Part shown: positions 9,206-18,709 of the stretch, piece by piece | Position numbering within the stretch: the stretch's first letter is position 1 | How the letters are laid out: the number at the start of each line of letters is the position of its first letter | Assembly (NCBI GenBank): GCA_963821525.1 | Contig: CAWGED010000013.1 | Span: forward strand, 1-18,974 | Direction: 5' to 3' | DNA from: an uncultured Gemmatimonadales bacterium | Lineage (GTDB): Bacteria > Gemmatimonadota > Gemmatimonadetes > Gemmatimonadales > GWC2-71-9 | DNA length: 18,974 nt | Notes under the pieces: generated by a model | Told to the model about the DNA's origin: nothing | Databases searched by the model: none | The model's input: only the letters and a program-made list of their open reading frames with translations | Translations under genes and position numbers: made by a program

Positions 9206-10617
9206 AGCCGGATCTTGGCGAGCGGCTGAGTCGTATCGTCGGACCTCGCTGGGTCCGAACCCGGGCCGCCGAGCTCGCCACGTACCGGGCCGACGGCCTC
9301 CCAACTCACGAATCCACTCCCGGCCTCGTGGTGCTGCCGGGATCCCGTGCCGAGGTGATCGAGCTGCTGCGGGAGCTCAGGGACCGCGGCGTGCCCTTCG
9401 TGGCCCGGGGCGCCGGCACCGGACTCTCGGGCGGAGCTCTGGCCAATCCGGATACCGTTCTCATCACCCTCACGCGCTTGAACCGGATTCTGGCGATTCA
9501 ACCGGAACGGCGCCGTGCCGTAGTCGAACCCGGCGTCGTGAACCTTCGGCTCTCCGAGGCGGCCCAGAAATTCGGGCTGCACTACGTCCCCGACCCCTCG
9601 AGTCAGAGCGCCTGCACCATCGGAGGGAACGTGGCGGAGAATGCCGGCGGGCCGCACTGCCTCAAGTACGGCGTCACCACGAACCACGTCACCGAAGTGG
9701 AGGTCGTGCTGCCCAGCGGTGACACGGTTCATCTGGGTTCCCCGCATGGAGAGCCCTGGGGACCAGACCTGGTCGGCTTGTTTGTCGGGAGCGAGGGGAT
9801 GTTCGGCGTGGCCGTCTCCATCACCGTTCGGCTCGAACCGATCCCCGCCGCGGTGCGCACGGTGTTCGCCGAGTTTCTGGCGCTGCGCGACGCGAGCGAG
9901 GCGGTGACCGCGATCGTCTCCTCGGGAATCGTTCCCGCGGCACTGGAGATGATGGACCAGTCCTGCATCGCGGCGGTGGAAGCTTCCATCTACGCCACCG
10001 GTGCCCGGACCGATGCGGCGGCGGTGCTGCTCGTGGAGCTGGATGGCTCCGAGCGCACCGTCGAGGCTGAGTCGGCGATCATCGAGCGGCTGCTGCGTGA
10101 AAACGGAGCGCGAGACGTGCGGAGCGCATCGACCGCCTCCGACCGGGCCCGGCTGTGGCAAGGCAGGAAGAAGGCGTTCGGAGCATTGGGACGGCTGGCG
10201 CCGGACCTCGCGGTTCAGGATGCGGTGGTGCCCCGCTCCGCCTTGCCCGATGTCCTGGACCGAATCGCGGGCATTCGGGATCGGCTGGGCATTCGGATAA
10301 GTAACGTATTCCACGCGGGCGACGGTAATTTGCATCCTTGCATCAGCTTCGACCGGCGCCAGCCGGGACTCACGGCGAAGGTCGAGGAAGCCAGCCGGGA
10401 GATCATGCGGGTCTGTCTCGACGCCGGCGGAAGTATCACCGGCGAGCACGGAGTAGGATCGGACAAGATGGATTACATGCCGTGGGCCTTCAGCGCGGCG
10501 TCTCTCGAAGCGATGTGCGCGGTACGGCGGGTCTTCGATCCCGATAACCGGGCAAATCCCGGCAAGGTCTTCCCCCTGCACACCTGCCGGGAGTGGCGGC
10601 AGGCAGGAGTCGCATGA
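9202..10617 (+). CDS. glcD: Glycolate oxidase subunit GlcD (FAD-linked oxidase)
   Basis: RGAGTGLSGG, PDPSSQSACTIGGNVAENAGG, GSEGMFG, FHAGDGNLHP, GEHGVG and NPGK. ATGA overlap with the upstream gene. Confidence 0.9.
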   Translation: MKPDLGERLSRIVGPRWVRTRAAELATYRADGLPTHESTPGLVVLPGSRAEVIELLRELRDRGVPFVARGAGTGLSGGALANPDTVLITLTRLNRILAIQPERRRAVVEPGVVNLRLSEAAQKFGLHYVPDPSSQSACTIGGNVAENAGGPHCLKYGVTTNHVTEVEVVLPSGDTVHLGSPHGEPWGPDLVGLFVGSEGMFGVAVSITVRLEPIPAAVRTVFAEFLALRDASEAVTAIVSSGIVPAALEMMDQSCIAAVEASIYATGARTDAAAVLLVELDGSERTVEAESAIIERLLRENGARDVRSASTASDRARLWQGRKKAFGALGRLAPDLAVQDAVVPRSALPDVLDRIAGIRDRLGIRISNVFHAGDGNLHPCISFDRRQPGLTAKVEEASREIMRVCLDAGGSITGEHGVGSDKMDYMPWAFSAASLEAMCAVRRVFDPDNRANPGKVFPLHTCREWRQAGVA

Positions 10618-11828
10618 GCGAAGCGCTGTATACTCGGCTTCAGGCGCTGCTCGGACCGGGCGGTGTCGAGCGTGACGCCAAGGGTCTTCCCCGTGCGGTG
10701 CCCGAGAGCGATGACGCCCTCGCGATGGTCTGTGCTCTCGCGAGCGAGGAGGGGTGGAAGCTCCGGCTCGAGGGAGCCGGCACCTGGCTCCCCGCAGACG
10801 CCCCGGCCGATCTGAGCCTCAGCACGAGAAGCCTCAATCGCCTGATCGCCCTGAATCCGGCCGACCTGGTCGCGACGGTGCAGCCCGGGATGCCGATCGA
10901 AGCGCTGCAGAGCGAGCTGTTCGCCAAGGGCATGTGGCTCGCCATGGATCCTCCGGGGAGACCCGAGCGCACCATCGGATCCATCGTCGCGACCGGAACC
11001 GCCGGACCGCTGCGGCATGGATTCGGTCCGGTGCGAGATCATGTGCTGGGTTGTACCGCGGCTACCGGAGACGGACGCCTGGTCAGCGCGGGAGGACGGG
11101 TCGTAAAGAACGTCGCCGGTTACGATCTGACCAAGCTTCACGTCGGCGGCTTCGGTGGATTCGGCGCCATCGCGGAGCTGCACCTTCGACTGCGCGCCCT
11201 GCCCGAGGTTGATAGCACGCTGCTCGCGCGGGGGACGAGGGATGCGATGGTCCGGGCCGGGCGCGATGCACGGGAAGCCCAGTCGGCAGCCGTGGCATTG
11301 GAGCTCTTCTCGCCCGCCCTGGCGGCGGACGCGGAGTGGGTGCTCGCCGCGCGGCTGATCGGAGCCACTGCGGCGGTCGAGGCGGAGCGTGAACGGCTCG
11401 CCAAGGCGACCGGGCTCACCTGGGATCCCGTACCCTCTCAGAGAGAGAGTGCCTTCTGGGGATTGGCAGCCCGAGGGGCCCTCGCGGGTCCGCTCACCCT
11501 CAGGTTGGGCGTCCTGTTCGATGGCATGGACGACGCGCTCGATCTGGTCCGGGAGCACTTCGATGAAGGCCTGGTTTCGGCAGGCTTGGGAAGCGGCAGC
11601 ATTCGCTGGACCGGCGACGTGCCCACCGATCGCCTCGTCACCCTGCGGCGCATCGCGGCGACCCGCGAAATTCCGGTAACGCTGGAGCGGGCGCCATGGG
11701 CAGTCCGCCAATCAGTCGGTCATTTCGGTGCGTATCGAGAAGGCGTGGGACAACTGGTAGGACGCTTGCGCGAAACGTTTGATCCGCGTGGATGCCTCTC
11801 GGTCGCACTCGAGGGCAGCGTTTCGTGA
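10614..11828 (+). CDS. glcE: Glycolate oxidase FAD-binding subunit GlcE
   Basis: TIGSIVATGTAGP, RDHVLG, GGRVVKNVAGYDLTKL and terminal FDP. ATGA overlap with glcD. Confidence 0.88.
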   Translation: MSEALYTRLQALLGPGGVERDAKGLPRAVPESDDALAMVCALASEEGWKLRLEGAGTWLPADAPADLSLSTRSLNRLIALNPADLVATVQPGMPIEALQSELFAKGMWLAMDPPGRPERTIGSIVATGTAGPLRHGFGPVRDHVLGCTAATGDGRLVSAGGRVVKNVAGYDLTKLHVGGFGGFGAIAELHLRLRALPEVDSTLLARGTRDAMVRAGRDAREAQSAAVALELFSPALAADAEWVLAARLIGATAAVEAERERLAKATGLTWDPVPSQRESAFWGLAARGALAGPLTLRLGVLFDGMDDALDLVREHFDEGLVSAGLGSGSIRWTGDVPTDRLVTLRRIAATREIPVTLERAPWAVRQSVGHFGAYREGVGQLVGRLRETFDPRGCLSVALEGSVS

Positions 11829-13063
11829 CCCTGGATCTGACATCGCTCGACCCCTGCGTGCACTGCGGATTCTGCCTGCCGGCATGCCCAACCTACGCCG
11901 TCACCGGAGACGAAGCGGACAGTCCGCGCGGCCGGATCGTGCTCATGCGCTCGCTGGAACGAAACGAGATTCCAGCGGATGATCCCGCTGCCCGTCAACA
12001 CCTCGATGCCTGCCTCGGCTGCCGGGGCTGCGAGCCGGTCTGTCCTTCTGGCGTGGGATACGGACGTGGCCTCGAGGCAACCCGGGAGCTCCTCGTGCAG
12101 CACAACGGCATCCCGCCAGTCGCGCGCCTACTGCTCGGAACATTCGGGAATTCGCTCTGGGGAAAGCCCTTCTTCTTCCTGCTGAAGACGCTGCGGAACC
12201 TCGGTCTGGCCGATTCGCTGAGTGGGAGCGGACGGATCGGTTTCGGTCTGGGGATGATCGCGGCCACCAAACCGGTCCATCGGGAAAGCCCCACGTCACC
12301 CCGAGTTCCGGGCGGTTCACGAGGCACGGTCCGGATCTTCACCGGCTGCATCATGAACGGATTGTTCTCCCACGTTCACGCGGCGACTCGCCGAACCCTC
12401 GAGGCGAATGGTTATCAGGTAGTCGAGACAGAAGGACAGCTCTGCTGCGGCGCCCTGCACGCCCATGCCGGCGACCATCCCGGTGCGGTTCGTCTTGCCC
12501 GCGCCAATCTCGCGGCGTTCGGGCCCGGCACCGAACCAGTGGTAGTAAACAGCGCGGGGTGCGGTGCTCTGCTCAAGGACTACGGGCATCTGCTAGGCAC
12601 GGCGGAGGGAAAAGCCTTCGGCAACCGGGTCCGTGACGTTTCGGAGCTCCTTGCCGATGCAGGGCCAGTCCCCGGCGGAGAGCTTTCACTCGAGGTCGCC
12701 TACGACGCCCCTTGCCACCTGCAGCACGCCCAGCGAGTCCAGGCTGCGCCGCTGGCTGTCCTGAATGCCGTTCCGGGACTCAGGCTCCGGGTGCTGCCTG
12801 ACTCGGACCGCTGTTGTGGCAGCGCCGGCATCTTCTCCGCCCTGCAGCCCGCCATGTCGCGAGCGGTTCTGGAGACCAAGATCTCGTCATTTGCCGAAGC
12901 CACACCTCGGCTCGATTTCGTGGCTACTGGGAATCCAGGCTGTCACATGCAAATCGGAGCCGGGCTGCGCGCCGCTCGTCTCCCGATCCAGGTGGCCCAC
13001 CCGGTCGAGCTGCTGGATTGGTCGTACGAGGTGGGGGGAGTGTATGGGAGAGGGCTGAGATAA
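11825..13063 (+). CDS. glcF: Glycolate oxidase iron-sulfur subunit GlcF
   Basis: Two CxxCxxCxxxCP motifs (CVHCGFCLPACP and CLGCRGCEPVCP), SPRGRI, two CCG domains and NPGC. GTGA overlap with glcE. Confidence 0.92.
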   Translation: MTLDLTSLDPCVHCGFCLPACPTYAVTGDEADSPRGRIVLMRSLERNEIPADDPAARQHLDACLGCRGCEPVCPSGVGYGRGLEATRELLVQHNGIPPVARLLLGTFGNSLWGKPFFFLLKTLRNLGLADSLSGSGRIGFGLGMIAATKPVHRESPTSPRVPGGSRGTVRIFTGCIMNGLFSHVHAATRRTLEANGYQVVETEGQLCCGALHAHAGDHPGAVRLARANLAAFGPGTEPVVVNSAGCGALLKDYGHLLGTAEGKAFGNRVRDVSELLADAGPVPGGELSLEVAYDAPCHLQHAQRVQAAPLAVLNAVPGLRLRVLPDSDRCCGSAGIFSALQPAMSRAVLETKISSFAEATPRLDFVATGNPGCHMQIGAGLRAARLPIQVAHPVELLDWSYEVGGVYGRGLR

Positions 13064-13120
13064 AAGGACTGAGGACTGAGGAGGGGATCGCACTCCCTAC
13101 CCCTCAGTCCTCAGTCCTTT
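13063..13120. repeat. Heptamer tandem inverted repeat (GGACTGA / TCAGTCC)
   Basis: 13063-13081 and 13102-13120 form a perfect 19-bp inverted repeat with a 20-nt spacer. Confidence 0.9.
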
Positions 13121-13148
13121 CTCCTCACTACTGCTGCTACTTTTCAGG

Positions 13149-13808
13149 ATGGACCGCGCCATCCTCTTCGATTTCAATGGGGTCATCGTCGATGACGAAC
13201 CCCAGCATTGCGACGCGCTGATCGCGACGCTCGCTGAGTACGGTCTCCCGCTCAGCCGCGACGACTACTATCGCGATTACCTCGGCTTCGACGACAGGGA
13301 GTGTTTCCGGTTCGCCTTCGAGGGGAACCGGCTTCGGGCCGACGACGGTGTGCTCGATCACGCGATCGAGCGCAAAGCAACCCTGTATGAGAAGGCCATT
13401 CGCCAATCCATGACGCTCGTGCCAGGCTCAACCGACTTCATTCGGGACGCGTCCCGCAGGGGCTATCGTCTCGCCGTTGTCTCCGGCGCGTTACGCCGGG
13501 AGATAGAGCTGGTGCTGTCGCTCGCCGGATTGCGAGACTTGTTCGGGGTGGTGATTGCCTCGGAAGACGTGAATGCCTGCAAGCCCGATCCCCAAGGCTA
13601 CGAGCGGGCGCGCGTGACGCTGGCACTGCCCTCCGAACGATGCGTGATCATCGAGGACTCCCTTCCCGGCTTGGGCGCCGCCCGCCGAGCAGGCATTCGC
13701 TGTGCAATGGTCGCGACTTCCCATTCGGCGACTGATCTGCGGGCTGCCGACCTGGTATGGCAGGACCTCCGGGGCCACACCGCCGACGAACTGCCCTGGT
13801 CCGCATGA
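13149..13808 (+). CDS. HAD-superfamily phosphatase (subfamily IA, Gph/beta-PGM-like)
   Basis: Motif I FDFNGVIVD, motif II VVSG, motif III KPDP and motif IV IIEDSLPG. Confidence 0.88.
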   Translation: MDRAILFDFNGVIVDDEPQHCDALIATLAEYGLPLSRDDYYRDYLGFDDRECFRFAFEGNRLRADDGVLDHAIERKATLYEKAIRQSMTLVPGSTDFIRDASRRGYRLAVVSGALRREIELVLSLAGLRDLFGVVIASEDVNACKPDPQGYERARVTLALPSERCVIIEDSLPGLGAARRAGIRCAMVATSHSATDLRAADLVWQDLRGHTADELPWSA

Positions 13809-14795
13809 GCGCTCCCCGGGTTTCCCTCGATCGCGCGCGGCTCGACCGCCTCCGCCAGGGGGCGGTGGTGGTTCGGACCGAGCCTGCGGCGTTCAATGTT
13901 ACCGGCATGGGGGCACTCCAGTGTCTCCAGGGATTGCTCACCAACGACCTCGTCAAACCGGGTGATCACAGCCTCGTGTATGGGGCGCTGCTTACTCCGA
14001 AGGGGATGATCGTGGTGGATTTCTGGGTGCTGCGGCGGCCCCAGGGATTCCTGCTGCTGGCGGAGCGCGATGGCCGCGAGGCCGCCCTCGATCTCTTCCA
14101 GCGCCAGTTACCGCCCCGACTGGCCCGGATGGAAGATCTCACCGGGGCAAGTGAGCGCGCTCTGGTTGTTCGGCGAGAATGTGCTGGGTACCCTGCGCTT
14201 CTCCCGAATCGGACCCGTGCCCGAAGCCGAAGGCCGACTCGCCGAAGGTGCCCCCGACTCCGAACTCTTGATTGCGAGGCCCCACGCCAAGGCACCGTTT
14301 CAAGCGCTGGTGACGGGAGCCAATGACGAAATCGAGAAGGCGATCGCGACGCTCACCCGGGCCGGGGCAACCGTGGGAGACGAGCGGGAGACGGCGGCGG
14401 CCCGGATCCTCGCGGGATGGCCCGCACTGGGTGCCGAGATAGGAGAGAAGACGCTGCCCCAGGAAGTCCGCTACGACGAACTCGATGGGGTCTCGTATAC
14501 CAAGGGTTGCTATACCGGGCAGGAAACAGTGGCCCGGTTGCACTTCCGCGGCCACACCAATCGTGGGCTGCGCGGGCTTATCTGGCAGGAGGGAGACCTG
14601 CCTCCGGGGACTTCGGTTACCACCGATGATGGCAAGGAAGTCGGCACGGTGCGCTCCACCCTCTTCCTTCCCGACCGATCGGTGGCGCTCGCGCTGCTTC
14701 GTCGCGAGGTGGAACCAGGGTCATTTGTAACCGCGTCGGGCCGGCCGGCGATCGTCGTCGCCCTGCCCTTCGACGTAGACCTGCTGCTCGCGTGA
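13805..14795 (+). CDS. ygfZ: YgfZ/GcvT-like folate-binding protein (frameshift near 14150)
   Basis: LQGLLTND, LLTPKG, LPQE and the signature KGCYTGQE. ATGA overlap with the HAD gene. Confidence 0.87.
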
Positions 14796-14813
14796 TCCAG
14801 ATCACAATTCCAT

Positions 14814-14842
14814 GAAACACAAGGGCCGCCTTATGGCGGCCC
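14814..14842 (-). terminator. Intrinsic terminator of the small lipoprotein gene
   Basis: Perfect stem GGGCCGCC-TTAT-GGCGGCCC (14823-14842), followed on the minus strand by TTGTGTTTC. Confidence 0.7.
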
Positions 14843-14875
14843 CCGAGCGGCGATTCAGCAATTGCGACCCGGCGA

Positions 14876-15040
14876 TTACATCGAGTGCGCGGTGTCGCGG
14901 GGCATGCTGTCCGTCTTCATGGCGCCTGAGTCGGCCGGTGCCGGCGCACCCATAGTCGAGTCGGCCGGCGGAGTCTGGGCCTTCTTCGGACCGCACGCCG
15001 TCAGAGCGAGCAGGGCGGCCAGCGTGAGAACCTTCTTCAT
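14876..15040 (-). CDS. Small 54-aa lipoprotein (absent from the ORF track)
   Basis: MKKVLTLAALLALTACGPKKAQTPPADSTMGAPAPADSGAMKTDSMPRDTAHSM. Lipobox LTAC, RBS GAGGAG, and its own promoter and terminator. Confidence 0.88.
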   Translation of the reverse strand: MKKVLTLAALLALTACGPKKAQTPPADSTMGAPAPADSGAMKTDSMPRDTAHSM

Positions 15041-15112
15041 TGGGACTCCTCTAAGGTTACGAGTGATGCACAGCTGGCTCGAGCCCCGTCATGGGGCGAC
15101 AAACCGCGCGCA

Positions 15113-15140
15113 AGTTTATTAGCGAGTGCTCCATTGTCAA
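15113..15140 (-). promoter_or_regulatory. Sigma70-type promoter for the small lipoprotein
   Basis: Minus strand TTGACA (15140-15135), 16-bp spacer, TAAACT (15118-15113). Confidence 0.7.
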
Positions 15141-15209
15141 GCACCGGGGGCCGGCTTGGTCATGCGTTACATTTTCCTCGGGTCGCCCGCCCCTACTAAT
15201 CTTATACTC

Positions 15210-16672
15210 ATGCCTAACCTTCCCCAGACCCTCGGCGAGCTCAAGCGCAGCCGGTGGGCCGAGCCACCGCTGCGCGGCCGGTCGGTGCGCGACGAAATCC
15301 GCGCCAACGTCCTGCGCATGATGCAATCCGGCGAAGACCTCTTCCCCGGCATCGTGGGCTACGAAGACACCATCGAGCCCCAGCTGATCAACGCCCTGCT
15401 GGCCCGGCACCACTTCATTCTCCTGGGCCTCCGCGGCCAGGCCAAGAGCCGGATTCTGCGCAACTCACCGGATTTCTGGACGAGGTGATTCCCATCATCG
15501 AGGGGAGCGAGGTGAACGACGATCCCTTCGCGCCGATCTCCAAGTTTGCCCGGGAACGGATCGCGGAGTGCGGCGATGCCACGGCGATCGGCTGGTTGCA
15601 TCGCGACAACCGCTACGTCGAGAAGCTGGCGACCCCGGACGTCACCATCGCCGACATCATCGGCGACGTCGACCCGATCAAGGCCGCCCGCGGCGGCCAC
15701 ATGCTGGCCGACGAACTCACCATGCACTTCGGGCTGCTGCCTCGCGCCAACCGCGGCATCTTCGCCATCAACGAGCTCCCCGACCTGAGCGGCAAGGTCC
15801 AGGTCGGCCTGTTCAACATCATGCAGGAAGGCGACGTCCAGATCAAAGGCTATCCGGTGCGCCTGCCGCTGGACGTACTGCTCGCCTTCACGGCCAATCC
15901 CGAGGACTACACCGCGCGGGGCAAGATCATCACGCCGCTCAAGGACCGGATCGGCTCGGAGATCCCACCCACTACCCCCTCGCGGTCGAGCTGGGGATGG
16001 CGATCACCGCGCAGGAGGCATGGACCGAGCGCGGCGGCGCCGCTGGATTCCCGATTCGTGCGGGAGACGGTCGAGCGGGTCGCCTTCGAAGCCCGCGAGG
16101 ACAAGCGGGTCGACAAGCGCTCCGGAGTGAGCCAGCGGCTGCCGATCAGCGTGCTGGAGCACGCGATCTCCAACGCCGAGCGCCGCTCACTCACCCACAG
16201 CGGCCGGGCGTGGACCCCGGGTAAGCGACTCTACGCCTCGGTGCCCTCGATCACCGGCAAGCTGGAGCTGGAATACGAGGGAGAGCTGCAGGGCGGCGGG
16301 GCCATCGCCCGGGAACTGATCCGCCGCGCCGCGGGGGACACGCTGGCCGAGCGGGCGGGCGGGCGCGATGGACGGCATCGTCGCCTGGTTCGACCAGGGC
16401 GGCGCCCTCAAGATGAGCGGCGACGAGCGGAGCGAACTCTATCTCAAGGGACTTCGGGTGGTGCCCGAATGTGCGACACTGTGACCAGGGGACGGCCGAG
16501 GTCCGCGATCAGCGCGACTGGTGGCCGCCTGCGAGCTGATCCTGAGGGACTCGCCGCCGAGAAGCGGATCAGCCGAAACGAAGAGGTAGGGTATACCCGG
16601 GCCAAGCCGGAGAACGGGAGCCGGGGGTGGGTATCAGAAGGGGTTGGGCTTAGGGTGAGAACAGCAGATTGA
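15210..16672 (+). CDS. Mg-chelatase/MoxR-like AAA+ ATPase (several frameshifts; 3' end uncertain)
   Basis: Walker [37 protein letters not shown] (Walker B), [19 protein letters not shown] and SGVSQR. Confidence 0.87.
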
Positions 16673-16768
16673 AGATTTAAGATTTTCAGATTGAAGATTG
16701 AACGGCGGTTTGGGGGACCGCGTCAGCCTGAATAATCTTCAATCTGAAATCTTCCAATCTGAAAATTT
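16665..16768. repeat. AT-rich heptamer tandem inverted repeat (AAGATTG / CAATCTT) between convergent genes
   Basis: 16684-16699 is the exact reverse complement of 16734-16749. About five units per arm. Confidence 0.9.
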
Positions 16769-17395
16769 CTACCAACCTCTCGCTCTCGCCAGTCCCACCA
16801 CGACCTCCGCAGTGCCGCCCAATCCCGAGCAGCCCGGTGTTGAGAATCGCGTGATAGTTGGTAGCTGATCGTCCCAGTCCCTTCCGTAGTACTCCTTGTG
16901 ATATCGGGAGCGGCGAGCGTCAATCTCGTCCATGTATTTCTCGGCCGCGCGAGGATCGAGCTTCTCGGCCTGGGCGGCGTACTTCGCGCGGAATTCGCGC
17001 GGCGCCACCAGCTTCACGTGCAGAGCGTCGGTCAGCTGGCCGATTACTGCCGGCGCTGCACGGCCCACCAGGACAGCCCGACCCTCCGCCGCCACTTCCT
17101 TCACCACCGCCTCGGTGATTCGAACCAGGCTGGGCTCGTCTCTCGGCAGCGCGGCAGCTCCCAGCTCGGGAACCGCCAGCTCCTGCGATGAGACTGCAAG
17201 CGTGCGAGCCAGCCGTTCGATGAAGCTGGGGGCCCGCTCCTCCTGACGCGCCACGTCCACCGGTGAGAGCTTGGCGCGTTCCGCCACCCGGTCGATGATC
17301 TCGTTGTCCACCACGGACCAGCCGAGCCGCGCGGCGACCAATCGCGCCACCTCGGAACCGCCTGCCCCGTACTGCCGGGAGATCGTGATGACCAT
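16769..17395 (-). CDS. Cytidylate kinase-like family protein (P-loop NTPase)
   Basis: MVITISRQYGAGGSEVARLVAARLGW, AVLVGRAA, LHVKLVAP and DARRSRYHKEYY. The longer ORF start only translates the repeat. Confidence 0.85.
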   Translation of the reverse strand: MVITISRQYGAGGSEVARLVAARLGWSVVDNEIIDRVAERAKLSPVDVARQEERAPSFIERLARTLAVSSQELAVPELGAAALPRDEPSLVRITEAVVKEVAAEGRAVLVGRAAPAVIGQLTDALHVKLVAPREFRAKYAAQAEKLDPRAAEKYMDEIDARRSRYHKEYYGRDWDDQLPTITRFSTPGCSGLGGTAEVVVGLARARGW

Positions 17396-17429
17396 GGGTG
17401 AGAAGCTACGGTTAGTGGTGGATGTGGAC

Positions 17430-17516
17430 AACGTGAGATGTGAGAGGTGAGAAGTGAGAGGGAACTGCACTGAGGATGCCTTCACCTCTCACGTCTCACC
17501 TCTCACCTCTCACGTT
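17430..17516. repeat. Heptamer tandem inverted repeat (GTGAGAG x4 / CTCTCAC x5)
   Basis: 17430-17461 and 17485-17516 are reverse complements at 30 of 32 positions. Confidence 0.92.
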
Positions 17517-18709
17517 TTTTCCTCTAAGCCCGAGCCCCACTGTCGCGATCGCGCACACCGTCCCGCCCAAGGCGAGCGAAGTACGCACCCCGAGGTGCTC
17601 GGATATCCAGCCCGCCTGAAGGGAGCCGAATGGCGCCATCCCCAGGACCATCAGGGAGTAGAAGCCCATGACTCGGCCGCGGAGATCGTCGGGCGCCTGG
17701 GTCTGGAGCAGCGAGTTGGTCATCACGTTGTTGAGAATCATGCTGCATCCCGGCCAGGCCGAGCAGGAAGGCGGCGATCCAATACTGGGATACCAGCGCG
17801 ACCAGGGCGAGCGCAGTGCTGAACATGAGGCCGCCGAATCGAATCAGAGTCGAGCCCTTGGCCCGGGAACCCAGTGCTGCCATCGCGAGCGCTCCGACGC
17901 TGGCCCCGAGGCCCACCGCGGACATCAGTCCGCCGTAGCCCGTGGCCCCGACGCCGAGGACGTTCTGGGCGTAGACCGGCAGCATCGGCAGAAAGGAAAA
18001 ACCGAAGACGCTGAAAGCGGCGGTAAGGAGCAGCAGCGAACGGGGGACTTTCTCCCCCATGGCGTAGCGTACTCCCTCCTGAAAGGTCCCCTGCCCCTCG
18101 ACCTTCCGTGCCTCTCCCCTCACCACCCCACGCATCGAGAGAAAGGCGATGATTACCGCGAGAAAGCTCGTGGCATTGGCAAAGAAGCAGGCGGCAAGAC
18201 CCACTGCGGCAATCAGAGCCGCGGCGATCACCGGCCCGATGATCCGGGAGAGGTTGAAGACCGATGAGTTGAGCGCGATCGCGTTCGAGCAGATCCTCTC
18301 TCCCCACCATCTCGATCACGAACGACTGGCGGAAGGGCACTTCGAAGGCGGAAAGCGTGCCCAGAAAGACGGCGAGCGCCATTACCCAGGCGACAGTCAC
18401 CCGTCCGGTCGCAGTCAGCACCCCGAGCGTGAGCGCCTCGCACATCATGAGGCTCTGAAACAGGATGATTCCCCGGTGCTTGTTGACCCGGTCCGCCAGA
18501 ACTCCGCCGTAGAGCGTGAAGGCCAGGATCGGCAACGAGCCGAGGGTGCTGACCAGCCCGACTTTGAACGGGGAATTGGTCAGCTGCAGCACCAGCCATC
18601 CCTGGGCCACGGTCTGCATCCATGTCCCACAGAGAGAAATGAACTGGCCAGCGAAGAAGAGACGAAAATTCCGGTGACGGAGTGCGGTGAAGGGGTTGGG
18701 GGTGGGCAC
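17496..18709 (-). CDS. MFS transporter (MFS_3/DHA3-like), frameshifts near 18290 and 17745
   Basis: FTALRHRNFRLFFAGQFISLCGTWMQTVAQGWLV, motif A GGVLADRVNKH and LLQTQAPDDLRGRVMG. Confidence 0.9.

Noticed and set aside
7506..11711. Long minus-strand ORFs (7506-8495, 9181-10581, 10473-11711)
   Set aside because: Antisense shadows of well-supported GC-rich genes, with no recognisable motifs.
15119..15132. CIRCE/HrcA operator (TTAGC..GAGTGCT)
   Set aside because: Only partial half-sites without the required TTAGCACTC-N9-GAGTGCTAA spacing.
15210..16672. True chlorophyll Mg-chelatase (bchI/chlI) implying phototrophy
   Set aside because: The motifs fit the widespread chelatase-like/MoxR-type ATPase, and no photosynthesis genes are nearby.
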